From contig CAWJAS010000002.1 of the NCBI GenBank assembly GCA_963840935.1, positions 71,333 through 135,332 on the forward strand: a stretch of DNA of 64,000 nt. The letters are read 5' to 3'. The translations under genes and the position numbers were made by a program. The notes beneath the pieces were generated by a model, which was given only the letters and a program-made list of their open reading frames with translations, was not told the origin of the DNA and ran no database searches. Positions within the stretch are counted from its first letter, which is position 1. Every line of letters begins with the position of its first letter. Positions 30,001 through 40,331 of the stretch are shown piece by piece. This DNA is from Candidatus Magasanikiibacteriota bacterium. Its GTDB lineage: Bacteria; Patescibacteriota; Patescibacteriia; Magasanikbacterales; GWA2-37-8.

Positions 30001-33000
30001 GTCGTTGAACCGTTCGGTGTAGTGCTAAACACAATTTTACCCGGCATGCTATTCAAGGCGGGAGTCCCATCAGCTTGCCCAATAATACCGCCGGCCTTTT
30101 GCCAAGCCGAACCATCATAGCCATAAAAATCCAAACCACCAAGATTATTATTATTGGCGGTTAATGCCGGTACGGCGGTTGTCCCGCCGGAAGAGCCCAA
30201 ATTAAACATCGGGTAGCCGTTGCCGGCCACTTTAAATGAAAAATCAGAAAACGCACCTATATCATCGCTTAAAATAATTCTTTCATAGCCGGTGATGCCG
30301 GTGGCGCTCGGGTCGCCAAGAACCATTCCTCCGCCAAGATATGAAATTGCGGTGGTTGATACCGCGGTAAAATAGTCGGCCTGAAAATTTTCATCAATAG
30401 TTAAACTTCCTCCAACTTCCAAGTCGCCACTCATATACGAATCTCCAACCACTTCAAAAATCACGTCTGATGAGGTGACGCTTCCGCCAACAACAACTGC
30501 ATAAGGAGGTATTAAAGACGGATATAAAACACTTGCAGTTGTGGTAGCCCAACTTGAATCTCCTCCACCTCCGGACGGCCAAGTATTTCTGGCTACTCCC
30601 CCCAAAGTAATATAACCTGTTGCCACTAAATCAGTTGTCGTTACAGAATTAGCAACAACCAAATAATTTGCCGAGGCCAAAGTCATGGTTGTAGTCGCCA
30701 AGCTGGCAACGCCATCAACATAAAGCGACGAACTGGCAAAAATAATATCTTTAAACCAAACTGGCAAAGTGGAAGAAGTGGTCAAAACATCAAGACCATT
30801 GTGTGATACCAATTGCCAATTGGCTGTTGCGCCTCCGGCTGAAGCTAGTAAATTACCATTCCAATAAAGATCACCGGCGCTATTATATAAAGAATAAGTG
30901 GATGTGGCAGTGGCGGTGTCACCCAAATATAAACCACCATCAACGTGAAGCAAATTTAAAGGTTCGTACAAAGCCGTGCCGATACCAACATGCCCGGTAC
31001 CGGCCTGAATTGTAAACACATCATCGCCCTCAGCACCGATGGAATCATCCCATAATCGCAGGTCCAAACTACTGGTCGGCATATACCAACTCCAACCGTT
31101 GTCATAACTGCCGGAATTGACTCTGCGTATATAATTACCGGCCTCTCCGTTGCCATTTGCCACTATTGTGATGTAATTTCGAGAGCTGGTCGGGCTTGAG
31201 GACAAATCATCGCCCCAAATTTCCAAACGATCATATGGGGTTGATGTGCCAATCCCAAAACTGCCGTCATAAGTTGAAAATGCGGTATTTTGAAGATTGC
31301 CATGTCCGTTTTCAATAAAATAATCGAGTGTACCTGAGGCACCGGCAGTATCGTAACGAATCGGAAAAACATCAGCCGTTGTATTAAAGTGATTGGAAAC
31401 CAAAACTATATTGTCATTGTCGTCAGTGGCCGCGCCTAAAAATACATTACTATCAGCAAACCCCGCTCCGGCCCATGAAAATGATGTATGAGTAATTCGC
31501 GCACCTGAACTCGCACCGGAATTTGTGATATATGCCGGGAACACATTTGCAGAACCGGCGGCTATGGTGATGCCTGTCACAAAACCGGCGTCCAAATATG
31601 TGTTGGCGCTCGCACTATTATGATAAACAATTTTTATACTATTGGCAGGCGCGAAAGAATAAATCGGGAATGTAATAATCGGGTCTTTAATGGTAATCAC
31701 GCTTCCTGAATTGGTGTTATCCACATAAACCAAAGATAAATCATCAGTCCCGTCATAAGTGGTAATAACATTATCCGCACCAAAAATGTTTGCTCGCACT
31801 AAATTTGAGCCACTAATATAAAAGGCCGTATTTACACGAACACCGGCCGCGTTATTTGAACGAGTTAATTTAAATTCGCTCTGGCCCGAACTTTCAAAAG
31901 TTCCGTTATCAACATAAACAACCGCTTGAACCGCCGCGTCATTTGTAAAAGTTGCTTCGGCAATAACATTTTTTAACGTTGCCTGGCCGGAGCCAGTCAT
32001 TTCGACAGCGTAATCATTAGTATTTTTTACATCAATATCAGCTAAAGCACTTCCCGTCGCCATATCAAAAGTCACCTTGCCGTTGATTATGGTATTGCAT
32101 CCCGAACCTTGTACTTTCATGTAATCCGCCATTACAACATTTTCATTGTATGTGCCGGGTGCTATCACCACCAAATAGGGATCTTCCATGGTCGCCGATG
32201 AAGAAGCGGCGGCAATACCAGCGGCAATGGTTTTTTTGGCTTTTGCCGGAGAGGTGCCATCAAAATTATCTTTTCCACTGGTGTCAGACACATATATTGT
32301 ATTGCCCTCAGTCAAAGCGACCAGAGTTATAATTTCGGACCAAACATTTTGATTGTTGTTCAAATGTTTTACTTCAACAAGCCCATTATTAACTCTAAAA
32401 CCAAATCCGGAAGAAGCGGTTGTTGTGCCAAAATTAATGTATGGGTCAATTGCCGACAACATAATATTGCCGTAAACATCAAGTTGCGACAGCGGATTTG
32501 AGGTGTTAATGCCGACAAATCCCTCGTTTGCTCCGCTACCCTGAATAAACAATGAGCTCGAACCATATAACAAATTATTCTGAGTCATCATTCTTATGTC
32601 ACCTCCCAATGATGCCATAAACAAATCGTTCCCACCGCTAGCGGCAATACCAAAAACACTGTCGGCATTGGGGAACCCGGCAAAATTACTGCCGGTCAAA
32701 ACAATCGTTCCGCCATAGCCCGCATCATTAAAAAACTGCATTTCTGTGGATGCTCCATTCCCGGCCGATAAATTTGCCAAACGAATTCCTGAATCTGTGT
32801 TTGAAGAAAATTCAATGTCAAGAATGTGATATGAAAGCGGGTCGGCCATGCCCGGAGTTGATGTGCCAATACCAATTTTTCCTTCATTTGTAATAACCAT
32901 TCTTTCGGTGCCGGCAGACATAAATCTTATCCAATCCTCATCAGGAGATGATTCGACGGAAACAACAGTATCACCATCCGAATCTTGAATATAGGTACTG

Positions 33001-36000
33001 GTACTTCCGCCCATCACCGGCATACCATTCCAATATAATTGACCCGAATTATTATAAAGCGCGTAAGCGGTATTTGCCGGAGTACCACTAACAATATTGA
33101 TACCACCGACAACGCTCAAAGCGTTCAATGGCGTGGTGGTGCCAATACCGATAAACCCACTTGAAGCGACAAAAAGAGAGCTTGTCGGCGACCAGGCAGA
33201 TCCATCCCAATAAATAGTTTGACCAGCAAGTGTTCCATAATTTACCGGGGTCAAAATTGTTCCGTTAACCCTGTAATTACCGGTAAGATTAACATCGCCT
33301 TGAACGGTTAACTTGTGCGATGGGGTTGAGGTGCCAATACCAATACGGTCATTTGATCCGTCTACAAATAATAAATTTGAATCACCGGCGCCTTGAACAA
33401 TAAAATTATAATTTCCGCTTGAAGTATTGAACACGGCCCCGCCTTTTACAAGCATTTGGGTATTGAATCCGTCAAGCATCATGACTTTGTTATCAGTGAC
33501 ATTACTTTTTCCGTCTCCGGTATCATTATTTTGGAACGCAAAAATTAGATTGGCGTCAGCTCCGCCTCTGGCAATCGCCCATCCGCGTAAACTTGATGTT
33601 GTGCCGAAATCATTTGTATCACTGTATAAAAACAATGCCGCCCCCGCATCACGACTTCCGCTCATTGCCGATAACTTTGCCCAGCTACTAGTCGCTTGCA
33701 CGCCAAGCATAGTTTGCTCTCCAGCATTATCGTTAATAAACAATAAACCGCTGTTATCATAGTAATCTGACCGATAAGCCAATTTCGGCAATAAAGCTTG
33801 CCCGGTGTCAACTTTAATAATGTCTTGGTCGATATTATCATGCCGGCCGAACAGCACCGTTCCTTCTTCTTCAGCTAAAGCGTAAAAATATACATTATCA
33901 GGATTGTTTATATTAATATCAGCACTAGAAAAAGCTCCATCACTTGAAGAGATGTTAATTGTTGAATCATCATTTTGATCGATATTTAAAGTTAAGGCTT
34001 TTTGAAGATAACTGGCTGTAACTTTTGTAATAGAATTATTATTGCTAACAATATTGTTATCCAACCCCCACATATTCGAATAGCGAATTTCCGCATATGA
34101 ATCATCGCCGGCAATATATAAACCCGTACCACTATCATTATATGAACCAAACTCACTGCCTACCATATAAAATTCCGAGGCTCCCGTAGTACTGTCAACA
34201 TAGGCGTAATAGGTATCTGATTCTTCCATATAAGACGCTTCGATTTGCAGGATGCCACCATTATCAATATATACCCCTGCATTACCAATATCATATAAAT
34301 CCATGTGAAAAGCATCCACGAGGTTTGTAACAGATAAATCAATACCTCGATTAACGCTTAAAATTGATACTCGTTCCAACTCCATCCAATTAACGCCTTC
34401 GCTAGTAATATTTATTGCATCACAACCGGCGGTATTTTTGAATCCTGTGGTATCCGAACCATCGATTGAAAAATTAGACATTGAAAATTTAACAGTGTCA
34501 GTAGTGAAATTAATGTCAAAAACCGGATCTCCGGCAGTCACCAATGAATCACCTGGAACAATCACAACTCCGCTTTGCGAAATACCATGAATACCTTTGA
34601 TTTTTGGATTGGTAATTTCCAAAGTAGAAGTCACTTCGTATTCGCCCGGATAAATATGTATAACAACATCGTATGTTGAAGTATTCGCATAATCAATCGC
34701 GTCCATCAGATTGTCAAAATCCCCGCCTTCTTTGGCAACATTGATGGTGTGATTAATTTTGCCATAAACATCCGCCCAATCACCACCCAAATGTTTAAAT
34801 TGAATCCGACCGTTATTATCTCTAAAACCATAACCTACCGTGCCGGTCGCCGTGTCAAAATTTAAATATCTATCCTCGCCCGACAAAATAATATCGCCAT
34901 AAACATCCAATTTCGCCAATGGTGAAGAAGTACCGATACCTACAAAACCATTAGATTCAATTCTCATTCTCTCAACCGAGGTAGTCGGGCCCTCGTCGCC
35001 ACCGACATAAAAAATTATATTATTAGTATCTCCAACAGCGGCAAGAGCAATGCCCCTCGCCATGTCAAAAGTAGCTAAGGTTAAATAACCAGCCATGTTG
35101 GTATAGCCATCCTGACTAAAATTACTTGAAGGCATCATTAAAGCGCCACTAACATCATCCACTTGCAAAGTTATCATCACCGCTGAACTGGCGCTATTTA
35201 CCGTATTTTCAAATCGAGCTTCCGCCCAATCATCTATACTATGAACAAAATGTAAGGGGGCCAGCGGGGTGGAAGTGCCAATGCCTAAATAACCATTGGT
35301 ATTATCCCAATACAACGAACTTGTTCCTGTAATCGATGAAGCGCTGTCCCAAAAAGAAAGCTGACCGATCGAACCGGAACCGGTCACTCCTCCGATTCCC
35401 GCGGTTAAAGATAACCAACTTGAGCCGATATAACCAATAAAATCAGAACCATCAAAAGCAATGGTTCCGGCGGTCGATGTGGGAGTGGTTGTGGCACCAA
35501 TATTTATTCCACCGGCAACAGTTAGCATTTCAAAAGTTGAACTGGTGCCAATTGCCACTCGTCCGTCATTTTCGATTCGCATTCTTTCTGTGTCCATGGT
35601 CGGCGGACCATAGCCACCGGCATAAAAAATAATATTTCCGCTAGAACCGGCAAGCAAGGCAAGTCCATTGCCACTGGCGCCTGGAAATCCTGAAACTAAA
35701 GCGGTGTATCCGGCTAAATTTGTTAAACCATAATCGTTAAAATTTTCACCCGCGACGCCAATGCCACCACCATAATTGCCAACTTTAAACTGCATCAATT
35801 CAGTCGAACTCGCTCCGTTATTTATATTTTCAAAAGTTACAAGCGGACCATTATAATTTTCATTATGAACCACATGTAAATTATACCCCGGTGTTGTTGT
35901 GCCAATACCTACACGTCCGCCAAAATAATTGGTTGAACTGGCGCCATCCGAATAAATATTAAAATTGGAAGTAGTGGCAAAATTTTGTTCTTCAATGTAT

Positions 36001-37745
36001 AGACCATACAAATTACCAATAGTCCCTGAGGCGCTATTGCTTGTCGGATTATTTATTCTCGCACCATAAGCATTATTAATAAATCCATCGTCAATAGTGA
36101 TGTTTGTCATTAATCCGGCGGCATTTCCAATTGTACCTCCACCTATACCATTTTCAATCATTGCCAAAACACCGGCTGCCATATTTATGGTACCGGAATA
36201 GGCAGAATTCTCTATCCCATTATTCACCTGTCCGGCTGCGCCTACAGCAAAATTTATACTGCCGGTCGCGCTGGCTAATTCCGCGACCGATAAAGAACCA
36301 ACGGCCGCTCCAACAACTCCGGAACCATTGTGTATTGCTTGTAACAATGTTCCAGCGAGCAAATCAAAACTGGTAGTGCTATTTTCATTGGTCGTCAAAG
36401 AGATCAAGGAATTGATAGTGGATGATGAGTCAGCTGTCGGCAACAAATCAACAATAAAGGCGTGCGCAGGAAAAAATTCAAAATTTGAAAGATCTGTGTA
36501 TTGTTTATAGGAAACTAAAATAGGAGCATCGGTTGGGAATAAATAAGCATCACCCAAACGTAAATTACTTGCTGATGTAGTGGCCAATGTGGAAGTGCCT
36601 GTAACAGATAGGTCATTATTAATGGCCAGCGCGCCTGTCATGGTATCCCCCGTAATATTCACCCAATTATCTGTTCCCGTAGCCATAAAACTAGAGCTGG
36701 AAAATCCGCTTCCGAGCAAGCTTGTTCCGTTGAACCAAACAAATTCGTATGGCGAAAAAGATGAGGCATTTGTACCCCCATTGGCAATCGGTAAAACTCC
36801 CGATACATCAGAAGTCAAATCAATGGTAGTAGTGCTCCAAACTCCGGCGGTTAATCTGACAAGACCATCCCAGCCGGAAGTATCCTGACCTGTCCCGCCA
36901 TATGCCGGTGCGATAACCGAGCCATTCCAAGTGCCCGAGGCGATCGTGCCAAAATATGAATTACCAACTACAGTTAAATTGCTCGTCAAATAGAGATTTG
37001 TGCCTGTGGCACTGGTCCAAGAAATATCGGTAAAAGAAGAAGCGCCGGAAATAATCAAATTACTTATTGTGGCAGTGGCAAAAGTGGAATTACCGGAAAC
37101 ATAAAGATTGCCCGCGATACTCGATGTGGCAGTGGTTGATGTTAAATTTATTGATGCGCCTGAATAAACTCCCGCGCCAATATCAAAACTCAAATCATCG
37201 CCAAGTGCCAAGAGCTGACCGGCAGTTGCCGTTGAAGTGGCGTGGAATCCATCCACTCTGTGTGAATTCAAAGCATACGGATGGGCGTTCAATTTAACTC
37301 TGGGGCTTGATTCCGAATTGCTTTCAATTTTCACTCCCAAATAATATGTCCCGCTGGAAAAATCCAGATAACTCGGGAAGCCCGTGCAATCGCCCAAAGT
37401 TAAAGTGAAATATCCTTGTGCGTCTGGCAAAATTTCTGCGCACGCCCCACTGCTTTGGTCATAAGTTTCTTTCCAAAGTAAAGGTCCGTTTTGATCGGGC
37501 GTGTCGCCGGAAGAACCATTTGAGATGTGATTGTAAATTGAAAACTGTATGGTTGTGGAAACGGCAATTGGCGAGCCCAAATTATCACGCAATCTCGCTT
37601 GATAATTTATTGAATTAGGGATGGCGATTGCTTTTTCAGCTAAAAAAAAGATAAGAAAAACAAAAAATAAAAGCAATATTTTTTTTACTTCCTTTACTTT
37701 GTCCTTAAAATTAGGACCAAAATTGTATTTCGCCCTCCAGTGCAT
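26757..37745 (-). CDS. Giant (3662 aa) secreted cell-surface protein
   Basis: An uninterrupted 10,989-nt ORF with a signal peptide/TM at the N-terminus (KKILLLFFVFLIFFLAEKAIA). Many short G-[FRK]-[IV]-GIGT-[ST]-x-P repeats (GNVGIGTTDP, GFVGIGTKTP, GNIGIGTSTP, RIGIGTSTPSHKLTVQGDV, GFIGIGTTTP...) resemble phage tail-fibre / surface-fibre repeats. There are beta-helix-like blocks (NFSIDGSDTTGF...GIDLSVTNL...DLYDIGNAGVYIDNGGILQIEASYMEE), a PPC-like block (GTVTYFDDDGGTGTNSYLAFVYDASSTYNIVVTSYYAGETGAYTLDV) and a C-terminal (P-V/E-E-E-P-V)n low-complexity tail. Confidence 0.8.
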   Translation of the reverse strand: MHWRAKYNFGPNFKDKVKEVKKILLLFFVFLIFFLAEKAIAIPNSINYQARLRDNLGSPIAVSTTIQFSIYNHISNGSSGDTPDQNGPLLWKETYDQSSGACAEILPDAQGYFTLTLGDCTGFPSYLDFSSGTYYLGVKIESNSESSPRVKLNAHPYALNSHRVDGFHATSTATAGQLLALGDDLSFDIGAGVYSGASINLTSTTATSSIAGNLYVSGNSTFATATISNLIISGASSFTDISWTSATGTNLYLTSNLTVVGNSYFGTIASGTWNGSVIAPAYGGTGQDTSGWDGLVRLTAGVWSTTTIDLTSDVSGVLPIANGGTNASSFSPYEFVWFNGTSLLGSGFSSSSFMATGTDNWVNITGDTMTGALAINNDLSVTGTSTLATTSASNLRLGDAYLFPTDAPILVSYKQYTDLSNFEFFPAHAFIVDLLPTADSSSTINSLISLTTNENSTTSFDLLAGTLLQAIHNGSGVVGAAVGSLSVAELASATGSINFAVGAAGQVNNGIENSAYSGTINMAAGVLAMIENGIGGGTIGNAAGLMTNITIDDGFINNAYGARINNPTSNSASGTIGNLYGLYIEEQNFATTSNFNIYSDGASSTNYFGGRVGIGTTTPGYNLHVVHNENYNGPLVTFENINNGASSTELMQFKVGNYGGGIGVAGENFNDYGLTNLAGYTALVSGFPGASGNGLALLAGSSGNIIFYAGGYGPPTMDTERMRIENDGRVAIGTSSTFEMLTVAGGINIGATTTPTSTAGTIAFDGSDFIGYIGSSWLSLTAGIGGVTGSGSIGQLSFWDSASSITGTSSLYWDNTNGYLGIGTSTPLAPLHFVHSIDDWAEARFENTVNSASSAVMITLQVDDVSGALMMPSSNFSQDGYTNMAGYLTLATFDMARGIALAAVGDTNNIIFYVGGDEGPTTSVERMRIESNGFVGIGTSSPLAKLDVYGDIILSGEDRYLNFDTATGTVGYGFRDNNGRIQFKHLGGDWADVYGKINHTINVAKEGGDFDNLMDAIDYANTSTYDVVIHIYPGEYEVTSTLEITNPKIKGIHGISQSGVVIVPGDSLVTAGDPVFDINFTTDTVKFSMSNFSIDGSDTTGFKNTAGCDAINITSEGVNWMELERVSILSVNRGIDLSVTNLVDAFHMDLYDIGNAGVYIDNGGILQIEASYMEESDTYYAYVDSTTGASEFYMVGSEFGSYNDSGTGLYIAGDDSYAEIRYSNMWGLDNNIVSNNNSITKVTASYLQKALTLNIDQNDDSTINISSSDGAFSSADININNPDNVYFYALAEEEGTVLFGRHDNIDQDIIKVDTGQALLPKLAYRSDYYDNSGLLFINDNAGEQTMLGVQATSSWAKLSAMSGSRDAGAALFLYSDTNDFGTTSSLRGWAIARGGADANLIFAFQNNDTGDGKSNVTDNKVMMLDGFNTQMLVKGGAVFNTSSGNYNFIVQGAGDSNLLFVDGSNDRIGIGTSTPSHKLTVQGDVNLTGNYRVNGTILTPVNYGTLAGQTIYWDGSAWSPTSSLFVASSGFIGIGTTTPLNALSVVGGINIVSGTPANTAYALYNNSGQLYWNGMPVMGGSTSTYIQDSDGDTVVSVESSPDEDWIRFMSAGTERMVITNEGKIGIGTSTPGMADPLSYHILDIEFSSNTDSGIRLANLSAGNGASTEMQFFNDAGYGGTIVLTGSNFAGFPNADSVFGIAASGGNDLFMASLGGDIRMMTQNNLLYGSSSLFIQGSGANEGFVGINTSNPLSQLDVYGNIMLSAIDPYINFGTTTASSGFGFRVNNGLVEVKHLNNNQNVWSEIITLVALTEGNTIYVSDTSGKDNFDGTSPAKAKKTIAAGIAAASSSATMEDPYLVVIAPGTYNENVVMADYMKVQGSGCNTIINGKVTFDMATGSALADIDVKNTNDYAVEMTGSGQATLKNVIAEATFTNDAAVQAVVYVDNGTFESSGQSEFKLTRSNNAAGVRVNTAFYISGSNLVRANIFGADNVITTYDGTDDLSLVYVDNTNSGSVITIKDPIITFPIYSFAPANSIKIVYHNSASANTYLDAGFVTGITIAAGSANVFPAYITNSGASSGARITHTSFSWAGAGFADSNVFLGAATDDNDNIVLVSNHFNTTADVFPIRYDTAGASGTLDYFIENGHGNLQNTAFSTYDGSFGIGTSTPYDRLEIWGDDLSSSPTSSRNYITIVANGNGEAGNYIRRVNSGSYDNGWSWYMPTSSLDLRLWDDSIGAEGDDVFTIQAGTGHVGIGTALYEPLNLLHVDGGLYLGDTATATSTYSLYNSAGDLYWNGNLLASAGGATANWQLVSHNGLDVLTTSSTLPVWFKDIIFASSSLYVDGVASLATTTMTLASANYLVVANSVTTTDLVATGYITLGGVARNTWPSGGGGDSSWATTTASVLYPSLIPPYAVVVGGSVTSSDVIFEVVGDSYMSGDLEVGGSLTIDENFQADYFTAVSTTAISYLGGGMVLGDPSATGITGYERIILSDDIGAFSDFSFKVAGNGYPMFNLGSSGGTTAVPALTANNNNLGGLDFYGYDGSAWQKAGGIIGQADGTPALNSMPGKIVFSTTPNGSTTALERMAIDSRGWVGMGTTTPSAPLHVVTATSGPAMTILQKTIAGATNLNFVTNNNRYWQLSKRDATQDDKFIFYYVNDSGLFTNILTLGATGTVGINNENPNAMLTISGTSTYPLLNIMTSSSATGMYISNIGNVGIGTTDPNYFKLRVYDEDNNVSAEVKTASSSKVALFNLKAGGDTNVLQLGYYGSTTPGFAGIPPDSAVFDAVAPGGAYIINEASGAPIVFMTDGWQASNERMRITSDGFVGIGTKTPSTTLSVNGTSTMKNVVPASSLAYDLGNFERNWNRVWATLYNINNQNSLAAIKSTASFGPTSTSINGSLDITDPDNPNRTGRYMDAYNIATIFPGIPNGSSMTVSLTSVAFDAYLQVVSDTGTVTYFDDDGGTGTNSYLAFVYDASSTYNIVVTSYYAGETGAYTLDVTAVNSPVDAGLAFYDTINGGGNNLLTMLNSGNIGIGTSTPNSVLTIYSDKEEMASIISSSTGQTLLEAKNLSQNFGMSLETGALIQRNAYFGEEFMRNRANIGADTNWAWGDFQQFTTDENTVCTWSNINNEVNGIGRQQAGAGSSCLAYYASALATAHNVFNVNNLPVILSKIRPSADSATALFWVGIGDRAQAQTTDPTNGIYFTNNTATGDWRGVTRRAGASTNVECTGQTVNNTVFAVTKIEVVSSNGDGTGSVKFYVDNDTSNGIDWTYCGESTTNVPTVGLTALLMNYSTALHYLDIDYWRVWQDDSSEPLGPPALVFEEEEEVEEELTIEERVAILEEFDTNITDDFELITDSVDVLDVSLSETQAMLDELSGRVSILENNDILADQSIVDLSNMMTDFDLRLSELASSSAGLQLIDEVFESLTANILVIYDSAIFNGTLTAKKHVTFGEDTVGQGMILAGHASTTVIFAEPYEIAPIINITPIDFDGKWKLSEVSTSGFKIMLSEIQSVDVLFNWQAIGASTDSKVFVSDGTVNLIGLQIDYVPEPVPEEPVIEEPSSEEPVVEEPVVEEPTPIEEPATEDEPIVEEPVTEESPITEEPVVEDPISEEPAPTEEPVVEEPVVEEPVVEEEPVVEEPTPAEEPVAEPPAEPPIE

Positions 37746-37846
37746 AAAATTGTATCTTTATTATAGCACAAAATTGAATTTATTTGTTGCTATTAAAATA
37801 AAAAACTGTGGATAAAATCCACAGCTCAAAAAAACTAAAAAAAGAA

Positions 37847-38566
37847 TCAAGGATTGACGAGTGCGGTTATAGTAATCATGCCGGAATATACCCCTGTCAT
37901 TTGTGACACTGGGGCTGAAACACGATAACCGATAACAGTATTAGACAAGCCAAAATTACATGAGGCACAATTCATAAATTGTTGCATTAACAATGGAAAA
38001 CCGGCATATTTTGCGGTTCCCGAAGTGTCGCTTGCTCCCCACCAAGCACTATCGTAATATGAATCGGAGCCGGTTTGCCAAACTCTAAAACTCAAATTAT
38101 CACCCGGCGAACTGGTGGCATTGCCGGAACCCGTCGGATTCCAATCAATCTCATCCGGAAAAGCAACATCCGGAGAAGACGAGCCATTCATGTTCAAAGT
38201 CGAAGTGGTGTCTTCGCGATTTACTGATAAATTATAGCCATTATAAGCGCCGACCATATCAACTGTGGCTGTTGAAAAAGCGAATGAAGGCACAAGCGGA
38301 ACAATAATACCAAAATCAACGCTGGTTGCAATAGTTAACGTCATCATTCCAAATTCAATAACAAGACCGTGATCCAAAATAAAATTTGAACTGGCGGAAC
38401 GGCCTACCGCCGGGTCGCCAACACCGCCCTTTATTTCAAAACCGGATGATGTGGCGTCGTGATATGTGGAATTGTAAACTTCCCTATCGGCGGTATTTGC
38501 GTGAGCTATTGATACGGTCAATAAAAAAATAATTCCTACTATCAAAAAATATCTTTTATGAAACAT
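37847..38566 (-). CDS. Secreted protein (239 aa), paralog of 38723..39355. Possibly WxL-like, low confidence
   Basis: A signal peptide. It shares TSTLNxNG(S/T)S(S/T)PDVxFPD..........GxNLSFR...TG(S/T)D and a C-terminal SGVYxGxITxTAxxNP with its divergently transcribed neighbour. Confidence 0.5.
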   Translation of the reverse strand: MFHKRYFLIVGIIFLLTVSIAHANTADREVYNSTYHDATSSGFEIKGGVGDPAVGRSASSNFILDHGLVIEFGMMTLTIATSVDFGIIVPLVPSFAFSTATVDMVGAYNGYNLSVNREDTTSTLNMNGSSSPDVAFPDEIDWNPTGSGNATSSPGDNLSFRVWQTGSDSYYDSAWWGASDTSGTAKYAGFPLLMQQFMNCASCNFGLSNTVIGYRVSAPVSQMTGVYSGMITITALVNP

Positions 38567-38722
38567 ATATCTTTATTATACCTAAAAATAGATGTAACAA
38601 CAAATAAGCTACAATTTTAATTAACTGTGGATAACTTTAACAATGATAAATATCATTATTTATGCTATAATTAAATTGGATTATATTTAATTATTCTATT
38701 AATTAATTTTATATACAATACT

Positions 38723-39355
38723 ATGAGGAGGATACTCTCATCATTAGTGTTAGTCGCGTTATTTTGCGCAACAATTGGCATTTTGGGTTTAGCCAACCTA
38801 AAACCGGCGATTGCCGCAAGCGATTCTGACACTCAAACAATTATCTTGACGGTTACGTCAACGATAACTTTAACTTTGGCTACCACTACCGTGAATATGG
38901 GTACTCTAACCCCGGGAGTGCCAATTTTTGCCGGTACTTCATTAACGGTTACGACCAATGATTACAACGGTTGGAATTTGCAAGTAAGAAGAGATGACGC
39001 CACTTCAACGCTTAATTTGAACGGAACCTCAACACCTGATGTTACTTTTCCGGACGCCACTGCTTGGACTTATGCCACGCCAAATTCGAGCGCCACTCCG
39101 GGAGCTAATTTATCTTTCAGATTAATGGATACAGGTACTGACGTGGCTTTGGTTTCAACCACTCTTTGGGGCGCGGATGCAGGCACAAAACTTTGGGCCG
39201 GTTTCCCAACATCCAACCAACAGGTAACTGGAATTGGCAGTTATGTGGGCGCAACGCAAAATGTTGCCTATGAATTCAGAGCCGATGCTCCGGGAACTCA
39301 GCAGTCTGGTGTTTATTACGGCGATATTACCTTTACCGCGATTACAAATCCATAA
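38723..39355 (+). CDS. Secreted protein (210 aa), paralog of 37847..38566
   Basis: Signal peptide MRRILSSLVLVALFCATIGILGLA. The conserved blocks are listed under the 37847..38566 paralog. Confidence 0.5.
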   Translation: MRRILSSLVLVALFCATIGILGLANLKPAIAASDSDTQTIILTVTSTITLTLATTTVNMGTLTPGVPIFAGTSLTVTTNDYNGWNLQVRRDDATSTLNLNGTSTPDVTFPDATAWTYATPNSSATPGANLSFRLMDTGTDVALVSTTLWGADAGTKLWAGFPTSNQQVTGIGSYVGATQNVAYEFRADAPGTQQSGVYYGDITFTAITNP

Positions 39356-39364
39356 TTTAATTTT

Positions 39365-40312
39365 ATGCGGAGAGCAAAACTCACAATCGGCATTGCCCTC
39401 CTTTTAGCCGGAATAATTAGTTTAGTAAAAATAGAAGCTGCCTTTGCGCAGCTTTCTATTTCTACTTACCCACTTTCGGTTAAAGGGCAAATAGACCCAG
39501 GACAAACATTCGAGGGAACGGTCAATATTATTAATTCAAGCGAAAATGAATCAGTAAAAATTCGTTTGGAAAAAGAAAATTTAATGGGGGGAGCCGAGGG
39601 GGCGGTTGAACTCTTAGGGGAAGTTGATACGGGCTGGGGAATTTCTTCCTGGGTCAAATTTGAAGATGATAGTGATTTTATTTTAGAACCCAAAGAAAGA
39701 CGAGCTGTTAATTTTTCAATTGAAGTGCCTCTTGACGCTCAACCGGGCGGACATTTTGGCGCCGTACTTTTCCGAGCTTTACCCGCGGATGAAAAAGAAA
39801 ATACCGAAAGTGGCATAAGCGTCAGTGGAAGAGTCGGGTCTGTACTTTTGTTTGAAGTAACTGGGGACATAAACAAAGGCGCTCACATATCATGGATTGA
39901 TGTGCCAAAGTTTTTGAGCCATGGTCCGGTTGATGTTAGATTCAAATTAAAAAATGATGGTAATTCATATTTCACGCCCATTGGTAATGTTACGTACAAA
40001 AATCTTTGGATGAAAAATGAAGCAGAATTTTATAATCCCGGAAAAGCTGAAACTGATTTAAACAAGCCGGGAGTAGTATTCCCCGGTTATGACCGAACAT
40101 ACGCATCAAAATGGGACAAAAAATACATGTTCGGCCCTGTCAAAATTACTATTAACGCTCAAATGGAGGAAGGTGGCCCGGAAATCGCTTCAAAATCAAT
40201 TATTATCTGGGTTTTCCCATGGCAAGAAGCTTTAATTATTTTGGCGGTAATTTTGTTGTTATGGATCATTACCAGGGCATTTAAAACCAAATACAAAATT
40301 GTTAAAGTTTAA
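39365..40312 (+). CDS. Cell-surface protein with N-terminal signal peptide and C-terminal transmembrane anchor (315 aa)
   Basis: Signal peptide, beta-rich body, and a C-terminal ALIILAVILLLWIITRAFKTKYKIVKV anchor. The architecture resembles DUF916-type anchored proteins of WxL loci, but that link is an inference. Confidence 0.5.
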   Translation: MRRAKLTIGIALLLAGIISLVKIEAAFAQLSISTYPLSVKGQIDPGQTFEGTVNIINSSENESVKIRLEKENLMGGAEGAVELLGEVDTGWGISSWVKFEDDSDFILEPKERRAVNFSIEVPLDAQPGGHFGAVLFRALPADEKENTESGISVSGRVGSVLLFEVTGDINKGAHISWIDVPKFLSHGPVDVRFKLKNDGNSYFTPIGNVTYKNLWMKNEAEFYNPGKAETDLNKPGVVFPGYDRTYASKWDKKYMFGPVKITINAQMEEGGPEIASKSIIIWVFPWQEALIILAVILLLWIITRAFKTKYKIVKV

Positions 40313-40331
40313 CACGGCCGACACAATAATC

